A stretch of DNA of 64,000 bases from Octopus vulgaris (lineage: Eukaryota), in NCBI GenBank assembly GCA_951406725.2, contig OX597832.1, positions 63,984,001-64,048,000 on the forward strand. The letters run 5' to 3'. Shown here in pieces: positions 44,604 through 59,062 of this stretch (positions within the stretch are counted from its first letter, which is position 1; each line of letters begins with the position of its first letter). The position numbers and the translations under genes were made by a program. The notes beneath the pieces were generated by a model, which did not search any database, was not told the origin of the DNA, and saw nothing but the letters and a program-made list of their open reading frames with translations.

Positions 44604-44695
44604 ACGTTACATACGTTTCCATGAGAATGGTTATTTATTTGCTTATTAATGTATTACGTAATACACTAAAATAACCAAATCCCTTCATCAGACGT
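44604..44695 (-). ncRNA. Hammerhead-like motif with an elongated helix II
   Basis: ACGT-CTGATGA-[~65-nt hairpin ggttattt...aaataacc with inner palindrome gtattacgtaatac]-GAAAC-GTAT-GTA-ACGT. Confidence 0.55.
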
Positions 44696-45037
44696 GTTTG
44701 AATTATTAAAATACAGTTTGATGTATATGTTGTACGAGTCTGTAACAAGGAAAACCGATAGCTCTTCTCATGCCATGGCATTACCAGACCGATTAGGGAC
44801 AGAATTGATAGTGCATCATGCAGAATATCTCGAAGTATCTAGTAATATATATTTACGCCCCTTTTCAGATCCCATCTTATTTTACGTAATTTGTATCAAT
44901 GGCAATAAAATGTGTAGTTTTCTAAAATTAGGTTATTTTGGAGTATAGGACCAACACATACAAATCGTTGCAGGCCCTCCTCTTGGACTGTTGTATGTAA
45001 TGTAATTCTTTCTGACGTATATGTTTGGTGCCCTCAT

Positions 45038-45200
45038 CTCAGAGTGAAGCCATTGATGCAGTCTCCACAGACTAATACGATTGATGCAGTTCTCAGAGTG
45101 ACGTGATTGATGCAGCCTTGTCTGACTAATTTGATTGATGTAGTTCTCTCACTGACGTGGGTGATATGGTCTTCTGAGACGGATGTGACCGATGCCTAGC
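45038..45200. repeat. Minisatellite, ~26-27-bp units
   Basis: attgatgcag core recurring about every 26 bp, with alternating ctcagagtga / gactaat flanks. Confidence 0.75.
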
Positions 45201-45611
45201 CAGAATATGTGCAGGTCATACTTGCAACAGATTCTATTTCGCTAAACGCAACCAAGGACCAAGTGATTGTGTTAAACAGCGTGACTTGCTAGGCCTACCA
45301 TTGTAATCTAGCAAACATCAATCCATTTTTTTTTGTCTCTAAGATGCATTACTTGAATAAAGTAATTAACTTTGACTGTTAAATTACGTACGACCTGCCC
45401 AGAAACTAACGGACATACACACGCGATCATCTCTAAAAAGAGAAGCAACTAATACGATGCAGCTTATACAATGAAAAATGATTAAAAGTCAAACGAGCAT
45501 TTTGGAAAATGCAAAAATATGTAACACAAAGAAATCCTGGTGAGGAGAAAAAAGGGATTGGATGACTAGAGACTAAGAGAAATGACGGGTAACAAATGAT
45601 GTAATACTTAC

Positions 45612-45667
45612 TGTTTAAAGAACAATAATTGGTATGTTAACTTCGTATCAGAGTCGGGATCATAAAC
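45612..45667 (-). CDS. Cadherin-superfamily gene, 56-nt internal exon
   Basis: tttatttcag|GTTTATGATCCCGAC...TTTAAACA|gtaagt. Translates VYDPDSDTKLTYQLLFFK(Q), with the DxD motif and LxY strand. Phase 0 in and phase 2 out, matching both neighbouring exons. Confidence 0.92.
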
Positions 45668-45708
45668 CTGAAATAAAAACGAAGGAATGATAGCAGATTG
45701 GAAACCAG

Positions 45709-45863
<155 letters not shown>

Positions 45864-45879
45864 GTAATCTTTTCTGCTG

Positions 45880-46058
45880 TAGGCACAAGATCTGAATTTT
45901 GGTGGGATTACAACCACCCCAGTACACAACTGCTCCTTAATTTATCGACCCCGAAAGGATGAAAGGCAAAGTCGATCTCGGCGGAATTTGAACTCAGTTC
46001 TTAGCGACGGGTGAAATACCGCTATGCGTGCTAACGATTCCGCTAGCTCGCCGCCTTG
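45880..46058 (-). mobile_element. Family A SINE
   Basis: tttatcgaccccgaaaggatgaaaggcaaagtcgatctcggcggaatttgaactc...gctcgccgcc. Further copies at about 3905-4060(+), 18325-18525(-), 20230-20435(+). Confidence 0.9.
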
Positions 46059-46430
46059 ATAATAATGATGATGATGATGATAATAATAATAATAATAATA
46101 GTGTATTACAACGTGATTAACATTTAAGTGCAACCTTTCATACTATGCGACGCCACCCACGCATACATGTATGCATTCATGCATCTATCTATTTAATTGC
46201 AACCACACACACACACACATATATATACTGTACACACACACACACACACACATATACTGTACTCTTCTATTCTTTTACTTGTTTTAATCATTGGACTGCA
46301 GCCAAGTTGGGCATTGTCTCTATACTCATACACATACATGTACATTGTCTATTTCAACGAAATGCAGGTTGATAGTGACTTTGAAGTTGCGCCTGTCTGA
46401 GCTCAAGAGAGGATACATAGATATATGTCC

Positions 46431-46495
<65 letters not shown>

Positions 46496-46741
46496 CACAC
46501 ACACATACATATATATACACATACATATATACATGTGTGTGTGTGTGCGTGCCTGCACTGCGCGTAAAGTTCACAGTTTTAAGTTGACGAAATTCGTGTT
46601 TTGAAGAGAAGGAGACTAACTTTGTTGTGTAAAGCTTATCTGGTTTGAAATGACATATGTAAATGAAAGGTTGCTAATATAGGATAAAGAGATTAATTTT
46701 CAGAAGATTATCCAGATTAAAGCAAATGTGACATTATTTAC

Positions 46742-46864
46742 CTTTAATTTTCCTATGACGCTGCTTTTATTTCGCATTGCTTCGATTTGTAGGTCTTTGT
46801 TTAAAACCAGTGGATTGTTATCATTAAGGTCTATTACAGTGATATTCACCACGGCATATACTTC
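46742..46864 (-). CDS. Cadherin-superfamily gene, internal exon (end of one EC repeat and start of the membrane-proximal EC repeat)
   Basis: Minus strand reads (ttc)8-ag|GAAGTATATGCC...AAATTAAAG|gtaaat. It is 123 nt, phase 0-0, and translates EVYAVVNITVIDLNDNNPLVLNKDLQIEAMRNKSSVIGKLK, containing the cadherin Ca-binding DxNDNxP motif. Not in the supplied ORF track; found by hand. Confidence 0.93.
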
Positions 46865-47723
46865 CTGAAGAAGAAGAAGAAGAAGAAGAAAAAACCGTAT
46901 TATAATAATATATTAACAACGCCACGGACAGACATGTAATGTTATAAAAATCAAAAGCAAACTTTACAAACCACAATACCGTAAGCGACACGGAAGCCTA
47001 ACTGCGCCATAAAGGGTGTAACAAAGTTTCTTAGTGACACTGAAAATGAATACACTACAATAAAATGTCTTATTCAGATCAAGACTGAATATGTAACGGA
47101 GAAATACGTGGCCCGTTAGTCTTGGCTACAAATATCTATGTTCAGCCACACAGTGGCTACACTGTCTTTTATCTTTGTTATTTGACACTCTTTTGTTTAG
47201 TATGTATGAAAGTCAATTCCTTCATTTGATTTAACATAATCGTTGCTGTAGTTAGTTGCTACGGCAACACTGTCGTCTGTATGGTACTAAGCGTACTAAT
47301 GAATGTTACTCAATCTCTGAGGATTTGACAAGACTATCAGTTAAGGTTTCTTTTCATAATTATTAATTAATGGAATAAGTGTAAGATGATTAATTAAATA
47401 TATAAACAAAATGCCCTGTTTTGATCTAGTTTTTACATATACTCTGCGACCTACACGACTGGAGATTTTAACTAAATAAAAACCATACTGGAATACAAAC
47501 CCTAGTCGCAGCTACCTTTTGGATATACAAGAATATACACGAAGTTCTAAATAACGGACATTTAACGTACTACACACACACACCAAATAAACGATAGATC
47601 GGCGGTTGTTAGTGGCATAAAACATTTTGCAAAACGGTTATACAAAAGTGTTACCCTAGATGCCATTTCTCTTCGTTTAATGTCGGCCTTTTTGGTATAT
47701 GGTTCAGCTCGAGCACTAATCTT

Positions 47724-47762
<39 letters not shown>

Positions 47763-47986
47763 ATGCGCGCGCGTATATATATATACATACACAAGGGTAT
47801 TACATGATCACCTGCACTGCTAAAAATAGAAGTCAAAATGTTTTTAAGCCGCAGAAGGCTTAACTAATACAGGCATGATAGGAAAAAAATTTTAATGAAC
47901 AAGCTTAGCGTCCTATATTTTATGAAATTGCCTGTATGGCTTATGTTTGCAGCCACCAGCGATGATAGTTTTAAAAGTATTGTCGT

Positions 47987-48051
<65 letters not shown>

Positions 48052-48566
48052 AGTGGTTATAACTATTAAGTGAAACAAAATATTGACAATTTGGAAGTAT
48101 TTAAAACGTATGTTTCAGAATTGCGTGATATATAATAGGAAACATTATACGTGATATATTACACACAAGGCCTTCCAAAGTTAATACTTCATTATTACAA
48201 CTTAAATGAATTGGTGTCAGCAAAAACCAGCCAGTCCAGACTCCATTTACGAAGATATTTTAACAAAAATTTGGAGTTGTTTGTTATATTTGACTCCGAT
48301 TTAAAACTCTGGTTCTGTGCATTGCTTCTAACCATATCACACACACATACATATATACACATATACATACATTTATACATACATGCATCGCTATATATAC
48401 ACATATATATGCATGAATACATAATACATACATATATACCAACATACATACATATATATACACATATACATACATATATACATATATACACATACATACA
48501 TATATGTGCATACATATATATATACATACATATATATGAATACATATATATATACGTGCATAAGTG

Positions 48567-48624
<58 letters not shown>

Positions 48625-48743
48625 CATACATATATATATACATACGTATTTACATACATACATATATATATACATACGTATTTACATACATAATATATAT
48701 ACATACATACATACATACATACATACATACATACATACATACA

Positions 48744-48777
<34 letters not shown>

Positions 48778-48814
48778 CATACATATATGTTCGTCATGAT
48801 ATATCGCTAGCCAC

Positions 48815-48979
48815 TAAAACTTTCCTATTTTCTCTCCCTGTTTATTTCTGTGTTCCTTTCTGGCGAAGAGGGAAGGTTCGAAACGTAAAAGACTTTCTCA
48901 CTTCCCGAGTGTTAAACTAATAAATCTGTTTGTTCTTTACACACCCGTTTTCGTATTTTGTATTTTTTGTAAATTCACA

Positions 48980-48983
<4 letters not shown>
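48815..48983 (+). mobile_element. Short PLE pLTR-like repeat with a degenerate hammerhead; related copy at about 23575-23708
   Basis: cttt-ctggcgaa-gagggaaggttc-gaaacgta-aaagactttctcac here versus ttcttgaa-gagcgtaggctc-gaaacgta-aaagactttctcac at 23611-23652. Both end in ...aaatt..ac followed by (TA)n. Confidence 0.6.
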
Positions 48984-49026
<43 letters not shown>

Positions 49027-49029
49027 TAT

Positions 49030-51326
49030 AAACTTAGATATGTTTCGACCAAAGATTGGTCCAGGCCATGTCTAACTTAATAGCACCACCTGATAGGATT
49101 ATTCGAATCCTGTTTAAGTCAAGTTTTGTTTATGGTCCATTCAAGTAGTGAGTTTTTGTTGGGTGAGTTGTATCCAATTATGGGTGGCTTATCTGGTATT
49201 CTTTGAAGGAATCTATCCAAACTCCGTTTAAAGTTGATGGGATCCTTTTCCTCTTTGAACTCTTTCGGGACAATGTTAAATAGGGCAGGGCCTGTTGAGG
49301 AAAAGAAATTATGTTGCAGTGTACATGTATGCTGTGATCTTGAATTGGGCAGGGGACGTATGGCCCGAGGTCCCAGTCTTGGATGAACCTTGAAGCTTGG
49401 GCAAAGTTGGCGGTATATTCTCCACATCGTACAAATGATGTACCGCTCACGGCGACGCTGGAGAGAGTAAAGTTTCAAGGCTTTAAGGCGATCCCAATAA
49501 TCGAGAGCAGCCATGCCTTCAATTCGTTTAGTGAGTGCCCTCTGGGGTGACTCAATCCTCGAGATGTTTTGTTTTGTATGGGGAGACCACAGTGGGTAGC
49601 AGTATTCGAGGTGTGGCCGTACAGAGGAGGAGAAAAGTGGTATGATGACACCTTGTTCTCTGGACCGGAAAGTTCATAAGATCCAGGAACTCATCCTACG
49701 AGCTATATCGACCTTCTTGTTGATGTGTGCACTTCAACTGAGATCGTCATCAACAATTACACCCAGGTCTCTGATATTATTAGAGGCTGTGAGCGGTTCC
49801 CCTGAAGGAAGAGAGTATGGCTGTTTTAGTGAGGAATTTCTACCAAAATGCATCAGCTCAAATTTTCCCTCATTCAGTTGCATTTTGTTTCTGTCTGCCC
49901 ATTGACTCACAGCATATAGATCAGACTGGAGTTGAGTTCGGTCTGCTTCTTCATTGACGATTTGCTGGAGCTTAGTGTCATCAGCAAATATTTTCACTTT
50001 GCAGTAATCAACTACAACATGTTGTGTTCTATTCGCCAGGTGAGTGAGATTGGGCGATAGTTGAGTGCGAGGGATCTGTTTCCCTGTTTAAAGACCGGGA
50101 TGACTGACTGGGATAGAAACTGTTTCGGTATATAACCTGCGTCTAACGAATTTCTCCAGAGGTTGGTCAGAGGGACTGCAAGTTGGTGTCTACATTCCTT
50201 CAGGAGACTAGCGGGGAATCTATCAGGGCCTACAGCAGAGTAGTATTTGACCTCATTTATTGCTGCTACGATGTCAGTGGCAGTGCAGGTTATGTCTGAG
50301 ATTTTATGTTGGGAGTCAACTTCGTTCGCTTCTCTTACGTCAATATCAGTGGGAACACTAAAGACAGAGCAGTATTGTTTCTGCAGTATTTCTGCCATTT
50401 CTTTAGCATCGTGTTGGGGAATGCCGTTATCATCAATCAATGGCCCAATGGGCGAGACAGTGGTTCTATGCTTATTTGCATAAGAATAGAACACTTTTGG
50501 GTTCTGTTTGATGTTTTTGATTACCCACTGTTCCTCCACAGCTCTTTGATTTTCAATGGAGGTTTTCATGTCGGCCTGCAGATGAAGTTTTTCCAGCTCT
50601 AGCCTTTTCATTGTTGTTGAATGTGGATGTTGTGTGTGGGAATATTTTAATTGGTTGATTATTTTGTTGAGTCTTTTGATGCGCCTGATGAGTGTTTTTT
50701 TCTTTTTAGGGAGCCGCTTTCTGTTTGTGTTAGTAGATTTCGTGGGAGCGTGTTTAGAGCATGTATAGGTGACAATGTTTTCAAAGTGCTGCCATGCGGT
50801 CTCAATATGGGTGGAATTGAGAGTAAAAGACCAGTCGATGAAAGACAGATCCTTTCTGATTGCTCCCCTGTCCGCTTTGTGGAAGTTTATGTTGTCAAAT
50901 GGGTGCCATGGAGTGGGATTGGCTGGTTTGGTTTTTATATGTCGGGAATTAAAATTGCAGAGTACCATGTCGTGGTCTGAGAGGAGAGTTTTTTCAACTG
51001 AAATACTGTGAACGAAGCTAGAATGATTGGTCAATACCAGATCCAAGATCGTTTTAATCTGTCTCGTTTTAATACTAGCACTAGCTAGTATTTATCCATT
51101 AGATTAAAGAGCAGTTCTGCTGCTGCTCTATCTGATGTAGAGCACTTGCCTAACTTCAGAGTATTTGTGGGCCAGTTCACATGAGGGAGGTTAAAATCAC
51201 CCATCACTAGTATGTTTCCGGAGTGGTACTTCCGAAGGAAGGACTTGACTTTGCTAAAGCACTCTTCATAGCACTTTAGAGGTGCTTGGGGAGGCCTGTA
51301 AAGACCAACAATGATTATGTCCTTGG

Positions 51327-51330
<4 letters not shown>
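49030..51330 (-). mobile_element. CR1/L2-type LINE, 5'-truncated and internally deleted ORF2 (AP endonuclease + partial RT + C-terminus + 3' UTR)
   Basis: Endonuclease motifs [27 protein letters not shown]; RT motifs GPDRFP, NYRPISLT, KIFADDTKL, RDLGVIVD; C-terminal LKLYSLQRRRERY. 3' UTR stem-loop GACCAA-nnn-TTGGTC at 49047-49061. Flanked by (TA)n on both sides. Confidence 0.95.
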
Positions 51331-51393
<63 letters not shown>

Positions 51394-51399
51394 CATACC

Positions 51400-51471
<72 letters not shown>

Positions 51472-51484
51472 TGTATGTATTTAT

Positions 51485-51542
<58 letters not shown>

Positions 51543-51611
51543 GTATATATATATATATAGTGTGAATTTACAAAAAATACAAAATACGAAAACGTACATA
51601 CAGACAGACAT

Positions 51612-51656
<45 letters not shown>

Positions 51657-51669
51657 TACGTATATACAT

Positions 51670-51702
<33 letters not shown>

Positions 51703-51945
51703 TATACACATACATGTACAAACATATATATACATGAACGCATACACACGCACACACACATATCAAATGAGGTGATGCCAAAGAAGTATACCATTGTTTC
51801 CTCGCAGACATGTATTTCTTCAAAGGTCAGACAGCCTTTGAGAGCAGTTCAAGAAACAATGACGCTCAACTGGTTCTTTCTCTCTTTCATATCTCTCACA
51901 TGTATCGCTAAGTACACTGACATCATTAACTGTTTTACTTTCAGT

Positions 51946-52023
<78 letters not shown>

Positions 52024-52111
52024 GTCTGTCTGTCTGTCTGTCTGTCTGACTGTCTGTCTGACTGTCTGTCTGACTGTCTGTCTGTCTGTCTGCCTGCCTA
52101 TCTATCTATCC

Positions 52112-52174
<63 letters not shown>

Positions 52175-52230
52175 AGTATATTACACAAATAGATAACTAC
52201 ATGTGTGTGTGCGCGCGTGTGTGTGCGCGC

Positions 52231-52280
<50 letters not shown>

Positions 52281-52638
52281 AATCAACATCTTATACATAC
52301 ATAAATGCGAGTGTCAGTGCGTATGTCATAGTACGTCAACCTGCACGTTTACGTTGCCAACTGTCTCTCTGTCTCACATTCACTTTTCGAAAATTATGTT
52401 TACAATTGAAAGATAGAAACATAAATATACAGACATTCATTACATTGAGACCCGCATTGTTCACAGCGCATGCGTTTGTGTATCACACACACACACACAC
52501 ACACACACATGTATGGTGTATTTTGTTAAAATTACATTTTGATAGATTGATGCAGGCGTTCAATTATCATCAGTAAAATATAGTGAAGCGAAATTTTATA
52601 TATGTATATATAACCATAATACATATATTATAGATATA

Positions 52639-52639
<1 letters not shown>

Positions 52640-52683
<44 letters not shown>

Positions 52684-52697
52684 CGTATTAGAATATA

Positions 52698-52728
<31 letters not shown>

Positions 52729-52795
52729 CATATATATATATGCATATATATATATACATATATATATATACATATATATGCATATATATATATAC

Positions 52796-52826
<31 letters not shown>

Positions 52827-52973
52827 CATATATATATATAAATATATATACACATATAAATATATATACATATATATATATACATATATATATATACATA
52901 TATATACATATATATATATACATATATATCCATATATATATATACATATATATATATACATACATATATATGC

Positions 52974-53008
<35 letters not shown>

Positions 53009-53377
53009 CATATATATATACATATATATACACACATATAAATATATATACATATATATATACATATATATATACATATATATACATATATATATATATA
53101 CATATATATCCATATATATATATACATATATATATATATACATATATATATACATATATATATACATACATATATATACATATATATAATATATATTGTG
53201 CATATATATGATTTTATATAATATATATATTATGCACATATATGTATATATAATATACATATATGTTATACATAGATATATATGTTAATTCATATGTTTT
53301 ATACATTCATTTAGGTAAGTATATTTACTCATAAGTGTATAAATACATATGATATCGGTGTATATATATACATATAC

Positions 53378-53440
<63 letters not shown>

Positions 53441-53450
53441 CATATATATA
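52640..53450. repeat. Long degenerate (TA)n/(TACA)n array
   Basis: Representative of many similar arrays (e.g. 7105-7414, 11090-11358, 14050-14395, 26955-27372, 61488-61880) that generate the YIYI ORFs. Confidence 0.98.
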
Positions 53451-55107
53451 TAGGTGAGCATATGTTTTAGACACATACACATGCACGCGTATACATATAC
53501 ATCGATACATATATGATATATTCAACAGTCAAAGAATAAAACTAAAATATAACTAAAAGAAACTAAAGAAAACAAAGAACCCCGTAAAACAGAAGGAAAA
53601 TTACAATGCAAAAATCCAAAACTAAAGCTTTCCCCTAAACGAAGGAAAAGTTTCGGAGGTAAAATTTGAACAATGGACCAAAGGCTTGTTGGTTGTAGCT
53701 TCATTACTGGCAAAATAAGCGGCCTGCCAGACTCTCCAATTAGATTGATAATACCTATTGACTGTTGCTACAATTACCAAATTGTCTAAAAGAGCAGACG
53801 TTTCTTCCATTCTAGAAATTTCATAATTACACACCCGCTAGAAATGTGGTGATATATTCAAAAATGTGCTATAAGTGTGTGTGTGTGTGTGTGTGTATGT
53901 TAGTGTGTGTGAGAGCGTATTGTGTATTATTCACGTATGTATAGGAATATATTTACGCATAAACATATTGATATATAGATACGTGAATAATAGGGAAAAT
54001 GCACGAATTAACTCACGCCTGCGTGTGTATATGCGTATACATAAATACGTACATACATACATATATACATACATACATATATACATATATACATACATAC
54101 ATATATACATACATACATACATGCATACATTCATATATGCACAGATATGCATATATACACACATATACATGCATACAGCTGACCAGCTCGCTGATAAGAA
54201 CGTACACTAGAATGTGAAATGCAGGAATGTAAAATAGATGCATAGACATATACGCACATTGACGCATAAGGCTGTGTATGTATATATATGATTGTATGTG
54301 TGTGTAAAATTCATTCAGATATATAGTCGTATCTGTGTATTTTTCTATATTTGTCCTCTTACTTTATCAATACATCTCATGATGTAGATGAAAAGAAGCA
54401 AGCACATTTGCGCACACACTTATGTATGTATGTATGTATGTATGTATGTATGTATGTATGTATGTATGTATGTATGTATGTATGTATTTATGCATATATA
54501 TATATATATATATATGTATGTGCGTATGTATGTATCTATTTGTATATGGACATGTCATTGTTTATATGTAAACGTATGAATACGTACGCACACACTATAT
54601 ATATAATGTGTGTGTATGTGTGTGCGTGTATATATAATGTGTGTGTATAAATGTGTGCGTGTGTGTATTCTCATTCATTCCTGTGTAGCTTTAAGCCAGT
54701 GCTCTTTGGCGATTCTAGGTCACCGCTACAATTCTGCAACTGTAACTTGTTTGTTTGATTTGAGTTGAACATGGTCGTTCCATTCTCGTGTGTGTCCCTT
54801 GCTGCGATATAATTTCGTCTCTGACCTTACCAAATGCCCAGACTTCACTTCAGCACGCTGATATCCTCACTAGATAGATGTCTTAGGTATTTTGGGCTTG
54901 AGTTCAAGCCCTTCGCTCTCTATGCAACATATCTCATCGAAAATATTTCTCCACTGTTATGGCGGCGGGCTGGCAAAAACGTTAGCACGCTGGGCGAATT
55001 ACTCCCCTCTGTGTTCAGCCCTGTGTAGCAAATAAGGAAAGTGATCTCTCTCTATCTGTCTCTCTGTCTATCTATTTTGCTATCTCCCTATCTATTTATC
55101 TACCTCC

Positions 55108-55200
<93 letters not shown>

Positions 55201-55232
55201 CTTTATGTCTCTTGCATATATATATATATATT

Positions 55233-55450
55233 GGAGGCGCAATGGCCTAGTGGTTAGGGCAGCGGACTTGCGGTCGGAGGATCGCGGTTTCGATTCCCAG
55301 ACCGGGCGTTGTGTGTGTTTATTGAGCGAAAAAAACACCTAAAAGCTCCACGAGGCTCCGGCAGGAGGTGGTGATCCCTGCTGTACTCTTTCACCACTCT
55401 AAAGGCGGTGCTCCAGCATGGCCACAGTCAAATGACTGAAACAAGTACAA
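55233..55450 (+). mobile_element. Chimeric SINE: family C head + family B tail
   Basis: C-type sequence up to ...gtactctttcaccactct (55400), then taaaggcggtgctccagcatggccacagtcaaatgactgaaacaagta. Confidence 0.85.
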
Positions 55451-55567
55451 AAAAAAAAATATATATATGTATGTATGTGTGTGTGTGCGTGTGCGCGCGT
55501 TTAATCGTCCCACTTTATATATACGTTGGTTTCACGCTTCTTTCAAATCAAATTTATATACAAAAAT

Positions 55568-55613
<46 letters not shown>

Positions 55614-56200
55614 AATGTATATTTATATATATAAATGTATATCTATATATAAAAATGTATATTTATATATATATGTATGCATATGTGTAAGCATGTATTT
55701 CTTTATCTATGTATGAATGTGTATGTATGTATGTATGAATGTGTTCGTGTGTGAGATTCTCCACTTCAACAAATACAAGTTACTGCTGATTATGAGTTTT
55801 ACCTCGATTCCCCTAAGTCTCTGTAAATTACCATAAACCCCCAAGACATCTGTTGAACGAGGTTTTGTTTAAAACGAAGAAATGTAATTGAAATATAATT
55901 ATCTCTTTGTGAATTAGTAAGTGATCACGATAATTATCGTTTTATTAACGATTCTATAATAAATACACGGGGCTTTTAAAACTTCTTTACAGTTTTGTTC
56001 TACGAAATATATATATGTAGAAATAACGTTATTTAAAATTTGAAAACTTGAAACCGCAGAAGATTGTGAGTTACAATGAATTTGTTTATATATATATATA
56101 TATATCATTCAATATTAAACGATTGGGAGGGAGTACTCAATACATACATATATATGTATATGCAGTTATATAGTTCCATGTATTTTTGTCTCAGCTATAT

Positions 56201-56265
<65 letters not shown>

Positions 56266-57015
56266 CACACACACACACACATATACACATATATATGTGT
56301 GTATAAAGAGGTCTCAATGCGTGTGGGTGTGTGATTAAGTATATATATATATATATACATATGTATGTATGTATATACAAATGTATGTATGTGTATATAT
56401 ATATATGTGTGTGTGTATATATGTGTTTGCATACAAGAACTATAACCTCATATACATGGAAACACACATAGTACAAGAAAGCTTACACACACATATATTT
56501 GTATACATATACGTACAAATATACACACATTACATACATTCATACTTACATATATTAATTCAAATATAATGCACAAATGCGTATGTACATAAACACAAAC
56601 ATACATTTATGTATGTATGTATGTATGTATGTATGTATGTATGAGGCCCTTTAAGACGTATGTACAGATATGAGTGTCTATTCACTTCAAGAGATGAAAA
56701 TCAACAAAGAATTATTTATGTTTCAAAAGTTGTTTGTTATTCTTTTCAATTGTTCTGAATCCCTTGTTGATGTTATTGTCCTTTTCCTATGACAGTTGAG
56801 AGAAAAAAACAAAAAAAAACAAAACAAAACAAAACAAAGAAAAACCAAAAACAGAAAAAATACCCAAAATAAAGGAAAAAAAACAAAAAGAAAAAAACGA
56901 ACACGCGGGGTGAAAGAGAGACAGATAGAAAGCAAGACATGCGATGTGTGTGTCTGTGTGTGTGTGTGTGGAGATTTTAAGAAAATCAAATATGTTGAAA
57001 TTACTAACCAAAAGT

Positions 57016-57053
<38 letters not shown>

Positions 57054-57306
57054 TATATATATTGAAGAGAAAAAATATATATATAAGTTGAAAAGAAAAA
57101 AAAAATCAGTTGGGAAATATATCGAAAATATATATTTTAAAGAAAAAGGAGAAAGTGTACAAAATGAAATAGAAAGAGATAGGTGTTGTTCTTCAATGAA
57201 GGAGATAGTTTAAAACCAAGTTTCACTTCCGGTACTTACTACAGTAACAATCATTTGCTCGTAAAGATGCTCTCTTTAAATGCAGACAGGGAGACAATAA
57301 CGCAGT

Positions 57307-57374
<68 letters not shown>

Positions 57375-57806
57375 ACACACAGAGTTTCTCTTCATTCTAA
57401 ATATTCTGTTTCTCGTTCTAGCATGAAGTATGAAGCATTATCGTCTGACTAGGGCGAACATAAAACAACACATTCAAAACAATAGCGTATGAGAGAAATC
57501 TAACACTACACACTTACGTGCGTATATACACTCTCTATAACCAAGAAACTAATATATATATATATATATATCATACTATGTTTGTACGTATGTACATATA
57601 TATATATATTGTGTTGGTTTAAGAATGCAATGTAATACAATAATCAATGAGATTTACTTGTGTTTTGCAACAAGAAGAACAAAAACAACAACGGCAATAC
57701 TTAGTAGGTATTGTTATTAGTATTATTATGTTGGTATATTGTGTTTCGCAAGGAAAGCGTTTCACATATATTTGTATATTCTCGAACCACACTCCCCACC
57801 TTTCTC

Positions 57807-57854
<48 letters not shown>

Positions 57855-57961
57855 TGTATATTTGCAAACACACATACCCACACGCACACATATATGTGTG
57901 TGTGTACAGCAAATATACATTTGTATATTTCTATGCATGTATTTGTGTATGTGGTTGTGTG

Positions 57962-58001
<40 letters not shown>

Positions 58002-58142
58002 AAGTTATGAAATTTATGTAAATAACTTATAATTTCGGTTTTATTTGTTGTTGTTGTTATTCTTGTGTTTTTTTTAAATATTTATTTGACACTGCCGATC
58101 ATATTTCGCCTTATTCTTGATTCAATTTATTATTATTATTAA

Positions 58143-58196
<54 letters not shown>

Positions 58197-58637
58197 TATT
58201 ATTATTATTATGGTTTCCTTGCTTGCTATTGTGTTACGTTTCTGCAGCAAATTCTCAACTTGGAGGACACTCCAGCACCGTCACCCCAGCCGCCACCGCC
58301 GCCACCACCACCAGTACCATCACCACCGTCCTTATTATGTAGAAGAATAACACAGATCTCAATAACGACAACGTCAACATCAACAACAACAGCAATGTTA
58401 TGTATATTAGAGACAATAAGTATTAATAAAAAATGATTCTTTTCCTCACTTTCGCCGTTAAGTTTCATACTGCTTCGTTCCTCGACGACGATCACGGTCA
58501 TGTGGTCGTTGTTAATGGTGATGCTGATGGTGAGGCTTCTGATGATGTCAGTATGGTGTTAATAATAAAAGTGATGATGAAATCAGGGTGGATATATATA
58601 TATATATATATATCACCAGCAGCAGAACTATCACATA

Positions 58638-59026
58638 TTCTTTTACTTGTTTCACTCATTTGACTGCAGCCATGCTGGAGCAACACCCTTTGTCGAAGAA
58701 TTCGACCCCAGGACTTATTCTTTGTAAGCCTAGTACTTATTCTATCGGTCTGTTTTTTGCAGAACCGCTATGATTTCGCGGACTTAAACACACTAACATT
58801 GGTTGTCAAGCGATGGTGGGGTGGGATGGACAAACACTGACACAGACACAGACACACACACATACATACACGACGAGCTTCTTTCAGTTTTCATCAACAA
58901 AATCCACTCACAAGGCATTAGTCGACCTGAGGCTATAGTAGAAGATACTTACCCAAGGTGTCATGCAGTGGGACTAAACCCAGAATCATGTGGTTAGGAA
59001 GCAATCTTCTTACCACACAGCTACGC
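58638..59026 (-). mobile_element. Family B SINE (left member of a head-to-head pair)
   Basis: ttttacttgtttcactcatttgactgcagccatgctggagc...gaggctatagtagaagatacttacccaaggtg...cttcttaccacacagc. Confidence 0.9.
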
Positions 59027-59062
59027 ATACATACGCGCACATATGGTCAAACGTTATAGATA

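Noticed and set aside
45038-45200. Regularly spaced repeats resembling a CRISPR array
   Set aside because: The intervening sequences are themselves related, the context is eukaryotic, and there are no cas genes; it is a minisatellite.
53522-53834. Short minus-strand ORFs in unique sequence upstream of the 46864 exon
   Set aside because: No cadherin motifs in the frames I read; the next upstream exon was not identified in this window.
57183-57310. Plus-strand ORF with cadherin-sounding PSFTSGTY and ADRETITQY, and a possible minus-strand mini-exon (EHLYEQMIVTV|gtaagt)
   Set aside because: The plus frame is antisense to the gene and the motif spacing is far too short for an EC repeat. The minus candidate lacks cadherin motifs and has a weak acceptor.
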